Of a stretch of DNA of 52,860 bases, positions 1 through 7,209 are shown one piece after another. A program made the position numbers and the translations under genes. The notes under the pieces are model-generated. The model made no database searches, had not been told where the DNA came from, and saw nothing but the letters and a program-made list of their open reading frames with translations. Origin of the DNA: a virus (lineage: Duplodnaviria > Caudoviricetes); the IMG/VR virus record IMGVR_UViG_3300044984_001420, positions 1 through 52,860 of that record. One strand, written 5' to 3'. The stretch's first letter is position 1. Each line of letters opens with the position of its first letter.

Positions 1-86
1 ACACAAACGATTCATGTCGCCTCGGAGCAGCGCCGTATCAAGTAAGCCGCTGGCTCCTGTCCCTGTCCCCGAGAGATCGGAAAACA

Positions 87-578
87 ATGATCGAATCCAT
101 ATTGTTAGCAGCAGTTCTCATGACTAGCCAGAAACCTTTAATGCCAGCACATCCCATGCCAGTCGCGGCGATAAGCGACCCTAATCAAACAGGATTCCAA
201 CGGAGCGCTTATACAGGAAAATATTTCCGGGAATCAATGGAACCGTATCGAAAGTGTGTGGCCTATCACGAGGCTCGATATCAATATTGGACTACAGGCG
301 GGAATGGGAGATATCACTCCACTTACCAAATGACGGGCGCTTTGGTTGAAGGGGCCGCTTGGATGATTACCCCTGAATTGAAAAAGATCTACGGGCGAGA
401 TACAGCCCTTAAAATACGAGACACTCTCATGAGTACCCCGGGCAAGAAATGGTCCCGCTATTACATGGATATGGCCTTCTGGACGGTATTGAACTGGGAG
501 GGAAATGCATCAGGCTTGCATCATTGGGATGCTCAGCGGCACAGATGCCACACAAACATGACTCACTGGGAGCCATAA
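87..578 (+). CDS. secreted lysozyme-like/Rpf-type transglycosylase (putative)
   Basis: Hydrophobic N-terminus. C-x4-E motif (CVAYHEA), then G.Y..TYQ and a terminal G..HW....C, the layout of Rpf/SLT-like domains. Confidence 0.5.
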   Translation: MIESILLAAVLMTSQKPLMPAHPMPVAAISDPNQTGFQRSAYTGKYFRESMEPYRKCVAYHEARYQYWTTGGNGRYHSTYQMTGALVEGAAWMITPELKKIYGRDTALKIRDTLMSTPGKKWSRYYMDMAFWTVLNWEGNASGLHHWDAQRHRCHTNMTHWEP

Positions 579-703
579 TGACGGATCAAAACAAAATAGG
601 TGATTGCAGTCAATGTGGACATATCGAGTGGCAATATCGCATTGACCGGGGTGAATGCCGAATTTGTTTACTTTTCAGCAACGAAAAAGAGCGTACCATT
701 TGA
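578..703 (+). CDS. small CxxC zinc-finger protein
   Basis: ATG overlaps the upstream stop (TAATG); CSQC...CRIC. Confidence 0.55.
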   Translation: MTDQNKIGDCSQCGHIEWQYRIDRGECRICLLFSNEKERTI

Positions 704-705
704 GT

Positions 706-987
706 GTGAGCAAACCACCGAAAAAAGCCGACCAACCTGATAGCGCCTCGTCTCAGGAAGCCAAAATATTGTGGGCTCTCGATGGTTTAATTGATGCTGA
801 AGGACCAGTGATGGTCACGTCGTGGATCGCCATAATCGAATACATTGATCACAATGGTGAATCCTGTTTGGCCCCCTTGTCATCGGAAATGCCTCCTTGG
901 CGAATGGCCGGTATCTTGGAAACAGGCCGCGAAATGTTGTTCGCCGATTATGTTTACACCGAGGAGTACGACGAATATGATGAGTGA
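706..987 (+). CDS. hypothetical protein
   Basis: ORF packed against the previous gene; acidic C-terminus; start uncertain (TTG 700 or GTG 706). Confidence 0.6.
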   Translation: MSKPPKKADQPDSASSQEAKILWALDGLIDAEGPVMVTSWIAIIEYIDHNGESCLAPLSSEMPPWRMAGILETGREMLFADYVYTEEYDEYDE

Positions 988-1058
988 CACTAGCAATATG
1001 TCATTGAAATTATGTTCTAAGTAAGTCACACTCTGTTAATGATCAAAGCGGAGTTTCA

Positions 1059-1346
1059 GTGAAATGGTTGCAGCAAGCATCCTGTAGTGGTGAAGACCCT
1101 GTTTTGTTTGATCACTACGTTTTCCCTGAAGCAAGGGAAGCGTTACGAATATGCGGTAATTGTCTTTTTGTTCAAGAGTGTTTAATGTGGGTTCGCCCAA
1201 ATAAATCTTTTTATGATGGTGTTGCTGCAGGGATTGTTTGGCGTAACGGATATCGTGTGAGACCTGACAACACGACACGAGAAGATCGATTGATACGCAT
1301 CAGAAACGAAAAGGGAGGGAATGTTGATGGCGAGCCAATATCCTAA
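1059..1346 (+). CDS. whiB: WhiB-family Fe-S transcription factor (divergent)
   Basis: W...ASC...DP.LF...A.RICGNC....EC...GVAAG: four Cys and a variant of the G[VI]WGG turn. Confidence 0.8.
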   Translation: MKWLQQASCSGEDPVLFDHYVFPEAREALRICGNCLFVQECLMWVRPNKSFYDGVAAGIVWRNGYRVRPDNTTREDRLIRIRNEKGGNVDGEPIS

Positions 1347-1596
1347 TTTTAAAGGTAATGAGCCATGTCGATCTTCGGATCCTGATTCTTTCTTTTCGGA
1401 TGGACATTTCCCTAGTTTGAATGAGCAGTTGAAACGTATTTGTTCCTCTTGTGAAATGTTGGAGCCGTGCCGGGATTATGCGATTCGGTTTGAGGATATA
1501 GGATTTTGGGGTGGATTGGCTCCGGGTGAACGGCGTCGTATTCGTCGTGAGCAAGGAATACAAATAGGCAGTGAGTTGCGGCAGAGCGCCGCTTAA
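1321..1596 (+). CDS. whiB: WhiB-family Fe-S transcription factor
   Basis: PC...DPDSFF...ICSSC....PC..YA...GFWGGL...ERRRIR. Confidence 0.92.
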   Translation: MLMASQYPNFKGNEPCRSSDPDSFFSDGHFPSLNEQLKRICSSCEMLEPCRDYAIRFEDIGFWGGLAPGERRRIRREQGIQIGSELRQSAA

Positions 1597-1613
1597 ATGA
1601 AAGGAAAGACCCA

Positions 1614-2045
1614 ATGAGTACAACAGTTACATTGACAGGAACGCTCGGGCAAGATCCAGAGTTGCGTTTTACGCAGGCTGGCAAGGCTGTCGTTTCTTTA
1701 AGCATGGTGACGTCTAAGTCTGTTAAGGGCGAGGATGGTAAGTGGCAGGATACTGAGACGACGTGGTGGAGAGTTACGGCGTGGGATCAGTTGGCTGAGA
1801 ATTGTGCTGAGACTTTGCAGAAGGGTGATCCGGTGATTGTTGTCGGTCGTACTTTCATGGAGACGTTTGAGGATAAGTCTGGTGTTGAGCGTCAGTCTTT
1901 GAAAGTGTCGGCGTTTAATGTTGGGCTTGATTTGAAGCGTAGGTCTGCGAGTGTGTTGCGGGATAAGCAACCTGTTTCTGTGAAGGCTCCGGTGGGTGAT
2001 GATCCGTGGGCTGTTCCTGTTCAGGATGACATTCCTCCTTTTTAG
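1614..2045 (+). CDS. ssb: single-stranded DNA-binding protein
   Basis: G.LG.DPELRFT..GKAV...W..V.AW..LAEN.AE.L.KG..VIV.GR and acidic DDIPPF tail; RBS AAAGGA. Confidence 0.97.
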   Translation: MSTTVTLTGTLGQDPELRFTQAGKAVVSLSMVTSKSVKGEDGKWQDTETTWWRVTAWDQLAENCAETLQKGDPVIVVGRTFMETFEDKSGVERQSLKVSAFNVGLDLKRRSASVLRDKQPVSVKAPVGDDPWAVPVQDDIPPF

Positions 2046-2057
2046 TTTGTTTGGGTG

Positions 2058-2107
2058 TACCCCCCTGCAAGTCACTAACGGGGGGTATGCTAAACTAGGG
2101 TTGTAAG
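2058..2107 (+). promoter_or_regulatory. conserved phage promoter/operator, copy 1
   Basis: CTAAC-GGGGGGTATGCTAAACTAGGGTTGTAAG; extended -10 TGcTAAACT; 8-bp inverted repeat 2058-2065/2080-2087. Confidence 0.75.
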
Positions 2108-2141
2108 GACGGGAGATGCCCGTTCAGGGAGGGAGCCCCAA

Positions 2142-2549
2142 ATGAACAACACAGCCACCATCACCAAAACATCACCCCAATATTTCGAAGCGCTTTACGC
2201 GCAAGCCGACGCAGCAGGCAGGCTAGCCGCTGAAGACGCAGTACCAACACCAATAGTTCTCGGCTCAGAGACGGCCCCATTCAACGGAGTCATCGACTAC
2301 TCAAAGCCCACCTACTACGTTTCTGAAGGTCTATGCGGATTCGCGTGGGTCAACTTCAAGGGCAACACCGCCTTCGGACGTTGGGCCAAAAAAGCCGGTA
2401 AAGCAGACAAGGCTTACGGTGGCGGACTGCAAGTTTGGGTCAGCGGCTTCGGACAGTCGGTAACAAGGAAGTCGGCCTACGCCCAAGCGTTCGCCGCAGT
2501 CCTCACCGAAGCGGGAATCACCGCCTACGCAGGATCCCGGTTGGACTAA
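2142..2549 (+). CDS. conserved phage hypothetical protein (CGFAWV motif)
   Basis: First gene after the promoter motif; RBS GGGAG. Confidence 0.8.
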   Translation: MNNTATITKTSPQYFEALYAQADAAGRLAAEDAVPTPIVLGSETAPFNGVIDYSKPTYYVSEGLCGFAWVNFKGNTAFGRWAKKAGKADKAYGGGLQVWVSGFGQSVTRKSAYAQAFAAVLTEAGITAYAGSRLD

Positions 2550-2557
2550 CAAAAACT

Positions 2558-2664
2558 CCGGTGCTGGAGCGTGAAGGGAAGCCGCTGCAGCACCGGGCTC
2601 AACGGCCCGGGGGTTAAGCGACCGTGATCACCCCCCTGATCACATCGACTCGCTACCCCCGGGC
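2558..2664 (+). other. two GC-rich intergenic hairpins (candidate structured RNA)
   Basis: Stems 2558-2566/2588-2596; 2605-2614/2655-2664 enclosing 2617-2621/2650-2654 and 2624-2630/2637-2643. Confidence 0.55.
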
Positions 2665-2685
2665 TCCCCACAAAGGAGGCCAAAC

Positions 2686-2787
2686 ATGAACTACATTTAT
2701 AAGTGTTCCTTATGTATCGAATGTGAAGACGCACCATGTTTCGAGGAAAGTCCTTACTGCGAAAACTGCGCGAAGGAGTCGCTGTGA
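2686..2787 (+). CDS. 33-aa Cys-rich microprotein (not in ORF track)
   Basis: RBS AAGGAGG at 2673-2679; MNYIYKCSLCIECEDAPCFEESPYCENCAKESL. Confidence 0.6.
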   Translation: MNYIYKCSLCIECEDAPCFEESPYCENCAKESL

Positions 2788-2897
2788 AATTAACTCGCAG
2801 AGGAAAAATAGTTGGCCTGACATTTATTTATTTAGTGGCCGGTGCTATCGGTTTGCTGACCGCAAATTGGTGCTGGTATGGGTATTGTGGCCCATGA
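2784..2897 (+). CDS. 37-aa membrane peptide (not in ORF track)
   Basis: GTGA overlap; RBS AAGGAG; MKLTRRGK followed by a hydrophobic stretch. Confidence 0.6.
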   Translation: MKLTRRGKIVGLTFIYLVAGAIGLLTANWCWYGYCGP

Positions 2898-2911
2898 CTT
2901 TAAGGAGAAAA

Positions 2912-3025
2912 ATGTCGCAAAAGAAAGACCTCACGCAATGCCCTCATTGCGGATCAACCGGATCAAAATCAACAAAATACCTTTACCGATGTGACGCACT
3001 GCAAGAGTGCGGACGTTACTACTGA
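2912..3025 (+). CDS. small zinc-ribbon protein
   Basis: RBS AAGGAG; CPHCG...C....C. Confidence 0.55.
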   Translation: MSQKKDLTQCPHCGSTGSKSTKYLYRCDALQECGRYY

Positions 3026-3040
3026 TGGGAGAAAAACAAA

Positions 3041-3184
3041 ATGGAAATTGAATGCGGAGATTGTGAAGGAACGGGTGAAGGCGAAAATGCTCCCTGTGAA
3101 TTTTGTGCAGGCATCGGCTTCATCGAAGTGGATCCTGCGTTGCTCGGTCCAGATACAGGTAAAGAAGCCGACGGCAGTGCATGA
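3041..3184 (+). CDS. 47-aa DnaJ-type CxxCxGxG zinc-finger microprotein (not in ORF track)
   Basis: MEIECGDCEGTG...CEFCAGIG; ATGA overlap with the next gene. Confidence 0.6.
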   Translation: MEIECGDCEGTGEGENAPCEFCAGIGFIEVDPALLGPDTGKEADGSA

Positions 3185-3489
3185 TGGATCATGACTCTTT
3201 GTGCTTGCCCGGTGTTTCACCTGTAACGCCCGATAAATGTATTTACTGCGGTATTGCTCGGGCAGCGCGGTTGGAGGAACGCAACGACATGGCAAACGTG
3301 TCTAACGCCGATTTAGTAATTCAGGCTTATGCGCGTGGTCGCGAGGATGCTGCAGTGGCAGTGCGTGAGTTCCCTGTTCACTCGATTCCTTTTCTGCCAT
3401 CGGACACACCGTTGAGCATGGCTGTTCGTATTAAAGAAATAGTTTCAATTGCCGCTATCGGTTCCCCTGCCAAGGCTGACAATGGTTAG
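3181..3489 (+). CDS. hypothetical protein
   Basis: Translationally coupled ORF; H...C...C.YC motif. Confidence 0.6.
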   Translation: MMDHDSLCLPGVSPVTPDKCIYCGIARAARLEERNDMANVSNADLVIQAYARGREDAAVAVREFPVHSIPFLPSDTPLSMAVRIKEIVSIAAIGSPAKADNG

Positions 3490-4117
3490 CGAGTTAATCA
3501 AAAAAATCTTTGACACGTCAGAGTCGGATCGTTCATTACAGCGCAGTATTGGACCCAGTGAAATTGGGGGCTGCAGGCGTCGAGTGTGGCATCGTTTACA
3601 AAATGATCCCGCCATCAATGAGACGTTAGGCATGGCGGCTTTCATGGGTACAGCGATTCACGAAAAGATTGAGAGACGTTTACGGGATCTTGATGATGAG
3701 CGTTATCTGGTTGAGGTCGAAGTTGAGTTTGATGGTTTGTTGGGTCATGTCGATGTTTATGATCAAGTGGCCCGTGAGGTGATTGACTGGAAAACGATTA
3801 CTTTGAAAAAGGTGCGTTTCTTTCCGGCTGATCAACAATGGTTGCAAGTTCAGATTTATGGTTTGTTGTTGACGGAGAATGGTTACCCGGTTGATCGTGT
3901 TTCGCTTGTGGGTATTCCTCGTGATGGTAGTGAGCGTGATGTTGTGGTGCGTTCGCAGGTGTTTCGACGTGATGTTGCTGAGGAGGGTTTGCGCTGGTTG
4001 GAGTCGGTGCGCGGGGAGTTGTTTGCTCCTGAGCCTGAGAAGCCTGTTTCGTTTTGTCGGAGTTATTGCCAGTTTTGGTCGGAGTCGGGTGTTGGGGGGT
4101 GCCCCGGTAAGTCCTAA
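3482..4117 (+). CDS. Cas4-like/RecB-family PD-(D/E)xK exonuclease
   Basis: IGPSEIGGCRR, GTAIH, GHVD, VIDWKT, QVQIYG and C-terminal C..YC.F...C (four Cys in total). Confidence 0.9.
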   Translation: MVSELIKKIFDTSESDRSLQRSIGPSEIGGCRRRVWHRLQNDPAINETLGMAAFMGTAIHEKIERRLRDLDDERYLVEVEVEFDGLLGHVDVYDQVAREVIDWKTITLKKVRFFPADQQWLQVQIYGLLLTENGYPVDRVSLVGIPRDGSERDVVVRSQVFRRDVAEEGLRWLESVRGELFAPEPEKPVSFCRSYCQFWSESGVGGCPGKS

Positions 4118-4146
4118 ACCGGGGTGTGCTACACTGGGGTTGTAAG
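4102..4146 (+). promoter_or_regulatory. conserved phage promoter/operator, copy 2
   Basis: CTAAACCGGGGTGTGCTACACTGGGGTTGTAAG; inverted repeat 4102-4108/4118-4124. Confidence 0.75.
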
Positions 4147-4163
4147 CAAGGGAGAGGAACCTC

Positions 4164-4352
4164 ATGTCAAACGAAAAGACCACCAAAAGCCAAGTCCGAA
4201 GCAACTTCAAATACGTTCGCGAATTGATGCGTCAAGCGGAAGTCGCCATGAAAAATGACGACATCGAAGAACTGTCAATCATCGCCCATGAACTTATCGG
4301 AAGCGCCAACGTTGCGTTCGCCTACATGGAAGAACGAGGAGGTGCGGTATGA
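4164..4352 (+). CDS. hypothetical protein
   Basis: RBS GGAGAGG directly after the promoter motif. Confidence 0.7.
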   Translation: MSNEKTTKSQVRSNFKYVRELMRQAEVAMKNDDIEELSIIAHELIGSANVAFAYMEERGGAV

Positions 4353-4588
4353 GATCACCAGCCGGATTTATTAAGGCCACGACCCGTGGCTCCGCCTACC
4401 GATCCGTAACGGGCACTCACTGGATCAAGAAGTTGGGGTCTAAATGGCACCTCATCGAAATGCGTGATTCCGGTGAAGGAAGAAAGCCTGTGACGGTTGC
4501 CGTATTCAAAACCCTCACAGAAGCATCACTGTCTTATCTGGAAACAAATCACCCGGAGCGATTCAATTATTTTTACGGAAGGAAGTAA
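4349..4588 (+). CDS. hypothetical protein
   Basis: RBS AGGAGGT; ATGA overlap. Confidence 0.7.
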   Translation: MRSPAGFIKATTRGSAYRSVTGTHWIKKLGSKWHLIEMRDSGEGRKPVTVAVFKTLTEASLSYLETNHPERFNYFYGRK

Positions 4589-4592
4589 CCGC

Positions 4593-4772
4593 ATGAGTCA
4601 GCCATATACAAAAACGGAGATCAGAAATTTCATCAAAGACACTCGCCGCATGTTGCGTTACATGGAAGCCGATCTTCGTGAAGAGAATTGGCATGGAGTG
4701 TATGACTGCTTCTCTGCGATGGGCTCGGAAGATTTTGTAAATCGTTATGAAAGATGGGAGGAGGGCCAATGA
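4593..4772 (+). CDS. hypothetical protein
   Basis: RBS AAGGA; coupled to the next gene. Confidence 0.65.
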   Translation: MSQPYTKTEIRNFIKDTRRMLRYMEADLREENWHGVYDCFSAMGSEDFVNRYERWEEGQ

Positions 4773-5152
4773 TTCTTTACCACTTCACAAGCCTCATTCA
4801 CCTGCCAGTAATTGAGAAGGCTGAAATGCTACGACTAACCGAATCGAACATTCACATAACAATCCCAAACTTTGGCCCGGATGTTGTTTGGTTCACTACC
4901 GAACCGACCGCCTCGCTAGGTCACGGGCTCCAAGGTGTCGTTGACAAGACAGCCATCAGATTCACGGTGGATGTCCCGGATCATTGGGTCAAGCCGTGGT
5001 TACCGTGGGCTGAGGCTCAAGGCATGGATCCAGAATGGATGGGTTACCTTGTTGAAGCGGGTGGCGGAATGGAGGCCGCTGAAACGTGGATGGTGACATT
5101 TCGCCCGGTAAGGAAAGATCGTTGGGTTTCAATCGATATGGGAAACAGGTGA
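4769..5152 (+). CDS. hypothetical protein, possibly ADP-ribosyltransferase-like fold
   Basis: N-terminal LYHFTS...I....L and VVWFTT motifs; RBS GGAGG. Confidence 0.5.
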   Translation: MILYHFTSLIHLPVIEKAEMLRLTESNIHITIPNFGPDVVWFTTEPTASLGHGLQGVVDKTAIRFTVDVPDHWVKPWLPWAEAQGMDPEWMGYLVEAGGGMEAAETWMVTFRPVRKDRWVSIDMGNR

Positions 5153-5156
5153 TGTT

Positions 5157-5399
5157 ATGACAACAGTAAGAGCATTCACAATACCGTTCACCCGCCAACC
5201 TGCAGCGGAATGGGAAACACCATTCTGTAAATATCAGGTTGTCGCTTTCGAAAACAGTGTCACTTTAGGGATTTGCCCGTCTGAGACAGGTGTGTGGCAT
5301 AACGTCCCTGTCGATAATCCAGAGCGGTTTGGCGAGTTCAAGACAACAAAACAATTTCAATCATGGGCTGAAGCCTTTTTTGAGGGTGGAAAGGAGTGA
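5157..5399 (+). CDS. hypothetical protein
   Basis: Tightly packed ORF. Confidence 0.65.
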   Translation: MTTVRAFTIPFTRQPAAEWETPFCKYQVVAFENSVTLGICPSETGVWHNVPVDNPERFGEFKTTKQFQSWAEAFFEGGKE

Positions 5400-5530
5400 T
5401 GGGATGGAATGGGGCACAAGATTATGTTCGCTTAACGAATTGTGTTGAGTGTGACACGGAAGCACAACTTACCGACAGTCTTTGCCACGGTTGCCGAGTC
5501 GCTATGGGTTATGAAAATGAGGAGGAATGA
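5399..5530 (+). CDS. 43-aa CxxC microprotein (not in ORF track)
   Basis: RBS AAGGAG; TGATG overlap; CVEC...CHGC. Confidence 0.55.
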   Translation: MGWNGAQDYVRLTNCVECDTEAQLTDSLCHGCRVAMGYENEEE

Positions 5531-6036
5531 TGAAATTAGGGTTTGATTTATCGACTCCGCAGGGAGCGCTGGAGTTTGCGAATTATGTCCACAAGGATCA
5601 GGTGGACAAAATCGGTGTTCCTTACATTTATCACGTTTCTCGTGTTGGAACCTCTTTGTGGAGGTTTGGTGATGAGTTTGTGATTGCTGGTTTTCTGCAT
5701 GACGTTGTCGAGGACACGGATTACTCGTTGGAGGATCTTTCTGCGATGGGTGCCAGTGATGATGTTGTTTGTGCGGTGGAGTCTGTCACGAAAACGACGT
5801 CTGGAGCCTCTCTCGCAGAGTATGAGGCGAGTGTTCGTAGGGCGATGGATGATCTGATCGGCAGGTTTGTTAAGGCTGCTGATGTGTCTGATAATGGCTC
5901 GCGTGTTGATGATATTCCGTGGGGTTTCTTGCGGTCGAAGATGGCTAAAAAGTATGCGATGGCTGAGCGGGTGATTGCTGAGTACATTCCGGGTTATCGG
6001 CTTGGTTGTGTGTTGGGCCCGCTGCAAGATGCCTAA
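5527..6036 (+). CDS. RelA/SpoT-type HD hydrolase (small alarmone hydrolase-like)
   Basis: A..FA...H.DQVDK.G.PYI.H..RV, AGFLHDVVEDT, V..VTK, VK.AD..DN. Confidence 0.9.
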   Translation: MMKLGFDLSTPQGALEFANYVHKDQVDKIGVPYIYHVSRVGTSLWRFGDEFVIAGFLHDVVEDTDYSLEDLSAMGASDDVVCAVESVTKTTSGASLAEYEASVRRAMDDLIGRFVKAADVSDNGSRVDDIPWGFLRSKMAKKYAMAERVIAEYIPGYRLGCVLGPLQDA

Positions 6037-6064
6037 CCCCGGTATGCTATACTAGGGTTGTAAG
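6022..6064 (+). promoter_or_regulatory. conserved phage promoter/operator, copy 3
   Basis: CTAACCCCGGTATGCTATACTAGGGTTGTAAG; extended -10 TGcTATACT. Confidence 0.8.
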
Positions 6065-6080
6065 GGAGAGGAGACCCAAC

Positions 6081-6251
6081 ATGAACTGTAAATCATGCGC
6101 CAAAAGTATCGAGGCAATCGAAGCATTCCCCGGCCAAATCTGTGTCGAATGCTACGCCGCTAGTCCAGCCGGACAAGCCCCCATCACTGCCCAACAACTA
6201 ACCGCCTTATGGGGCGGACCCGTCACCAAAACCATCAATTGGGAGGACTAA
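6081..6251 (+). CDS. small CxxC protein
   Basis: RBS GAGGAG; CKSC...CVEC. Confidence 0.7.
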   Translation: MNCKSCAKSIEAIEAFPGQICVECYAASPAGQAPITAQQLTALWGGPVTKTINWED

Positions 6252-6619
6252 TGAAAACCACATTTCTCAAAGAAAGCCGAAACCTCAACGTTCAATTTAC
6301 TCTTAACGGTGACTACATCGGGGACAGTGAAGCAATTCCTACACTAAACCTCAGTTTTGTGTTTAGCAAAACCTACAAAGCCTACATAGCCACAGCGTCC
6401 TACGTTGAACTGGAGCCAGCAGGCGGATACTCCATGCAAAAGTGGCAATCCGACTGGCCGATGCTCCGCTTCGGGTTCACCCCCACAGCGCGATACAGCG
6501 AAAAAGGATTGACCGAGTTCGCTAACAAACTGTTAGCAGAAATCGAAAACACAGGATTTTCAAGCCCGACGCTTCAAAATCTGTACAACAGGAAAATCAA
6601 TCAGGAGGTGGCAGCATGA
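6251..6619 (+). CDS. hypothetical protein
   Basis: RBS GGAGG; TAATG overlap. Confidence 0.7.
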   Translation: MKTTFLKESRNLNVQFTLNGDYIGDSEAIPTLNLSFVFSKTYKAYIATASYVELEPAGGYSMQKWQSDWPMLRFGFTPTARYSEKGLTEFANKLLAEIENTGFSSPTLQNLYNRKINQEVAA

Positions 6620-6816
6620 GCGAATATTCAAGAGTCACGGCGGAGGATCTTCTTTCCTACCTTAATCACGTCCATCCGGCTGGAGTTACAGGTGAATGCT
6701 CCTGCTCTATTTGTAAGGCTTACACAATCATCTTGGTTGCAGTAGGCAAGATTGAAAATGATCGCGCAGAAAGGCGAAAGGAAGTCGCCAAGGACATTCA
6801 GGAGGTATCAGCATGA
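6616..6816 (+). CDS. hypothetical protein
   Basis: RBS AGGAGGT; ATGA overlap. Confidence 0.7.
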   Translation: MSEYSRVTAEDLLSYLNHVHPAGVTGECSCSICKAYTIILVAVGKIENDRAERRKEVAKDIQEVSA

Positions 6817-7004
6817 AAACCAAACAATATCCGCTAGTCGACAGAATAATTGCCTTTGAAGAAGGAGGCTTGACTGAAGTCGAAATCATCGCCCTGTTCC
6901 AACATCTCGTAGACACCGGCCTAGCATGGTCACTACAAGGATCCTACGGTCGAATGGCACAACTACTTCTGGAGGAAGAACTCATTACTGCGCCAAACGC
7001 ATAA
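6813..7004 (+). CDS. conserved phage hypothetical protein
   Basis: LFQ.LVDTG.AW.LQG.YGR.A motif; RBS AGGAGGT. Confidence 0.75.
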   Translation: MKTKQYPLVDRIIAFEEGGLTEVEIIALFQHLVDTGLAWSLQGSYGRMAQLLLEEELITAPNA

Positions 7005-7034
7005 CAAGACCTCACACCCCGGTACACTCGTGGA

Positions 7035-7199
7035 ATGGAGAATCACGAGACCGGGGTTCTTGCTGACATGAGCCCGCTGCAACAATGGGCGACTCAGTTG
7101 CATGAAATATATATTTCTATGCTGCAAGCAGGATTTGCCAGTGCGGAGGCTCTGACACTTATCGCTGGGATCACCCGGCAAGTTGACGACGACGAGTAA
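7035..7199 (+). CDS. 54-aa hypothetical protein (not in ORF track)
   Basis: MENHETG...ATQLHEIYISMLQAGF...EAL; fills the gap before the portal. Confidence 0.6.
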   Translation: MENHETGVLADMSPLQQWATQLHEIYISMLQAGFASAEALTLIAGITRQVDDDE

Positions 7200-7209
7200 T
7201 GGGAGACAT

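Noticed and set aside
2558-2664. tRNA gene
   Set aside because: No cloverleaf, T-loop GTTC or D-loop consensus.
3482-4117. Cas4-like gene as a sign of a CRISPR-Cas system
   Set aside because: No repeat-spacer array or other cas genes; stand-alone Cas4-like exonucleases are common in phages.
1698-6027. Long minus-strand ORFs (e.g. 1698..2075, 3680..4210, 5548..6027)
   Set aside because: Shadows of well-supported + strand genes; the G/T skew depletes minus-strand stops.
2058-6064. Repeated GGGTTGTAAG motif as CRISPR repeats
   Set aside because: Copies are ~2 kb apart, separated by genes, and contain a -10 element followed by an RBS.
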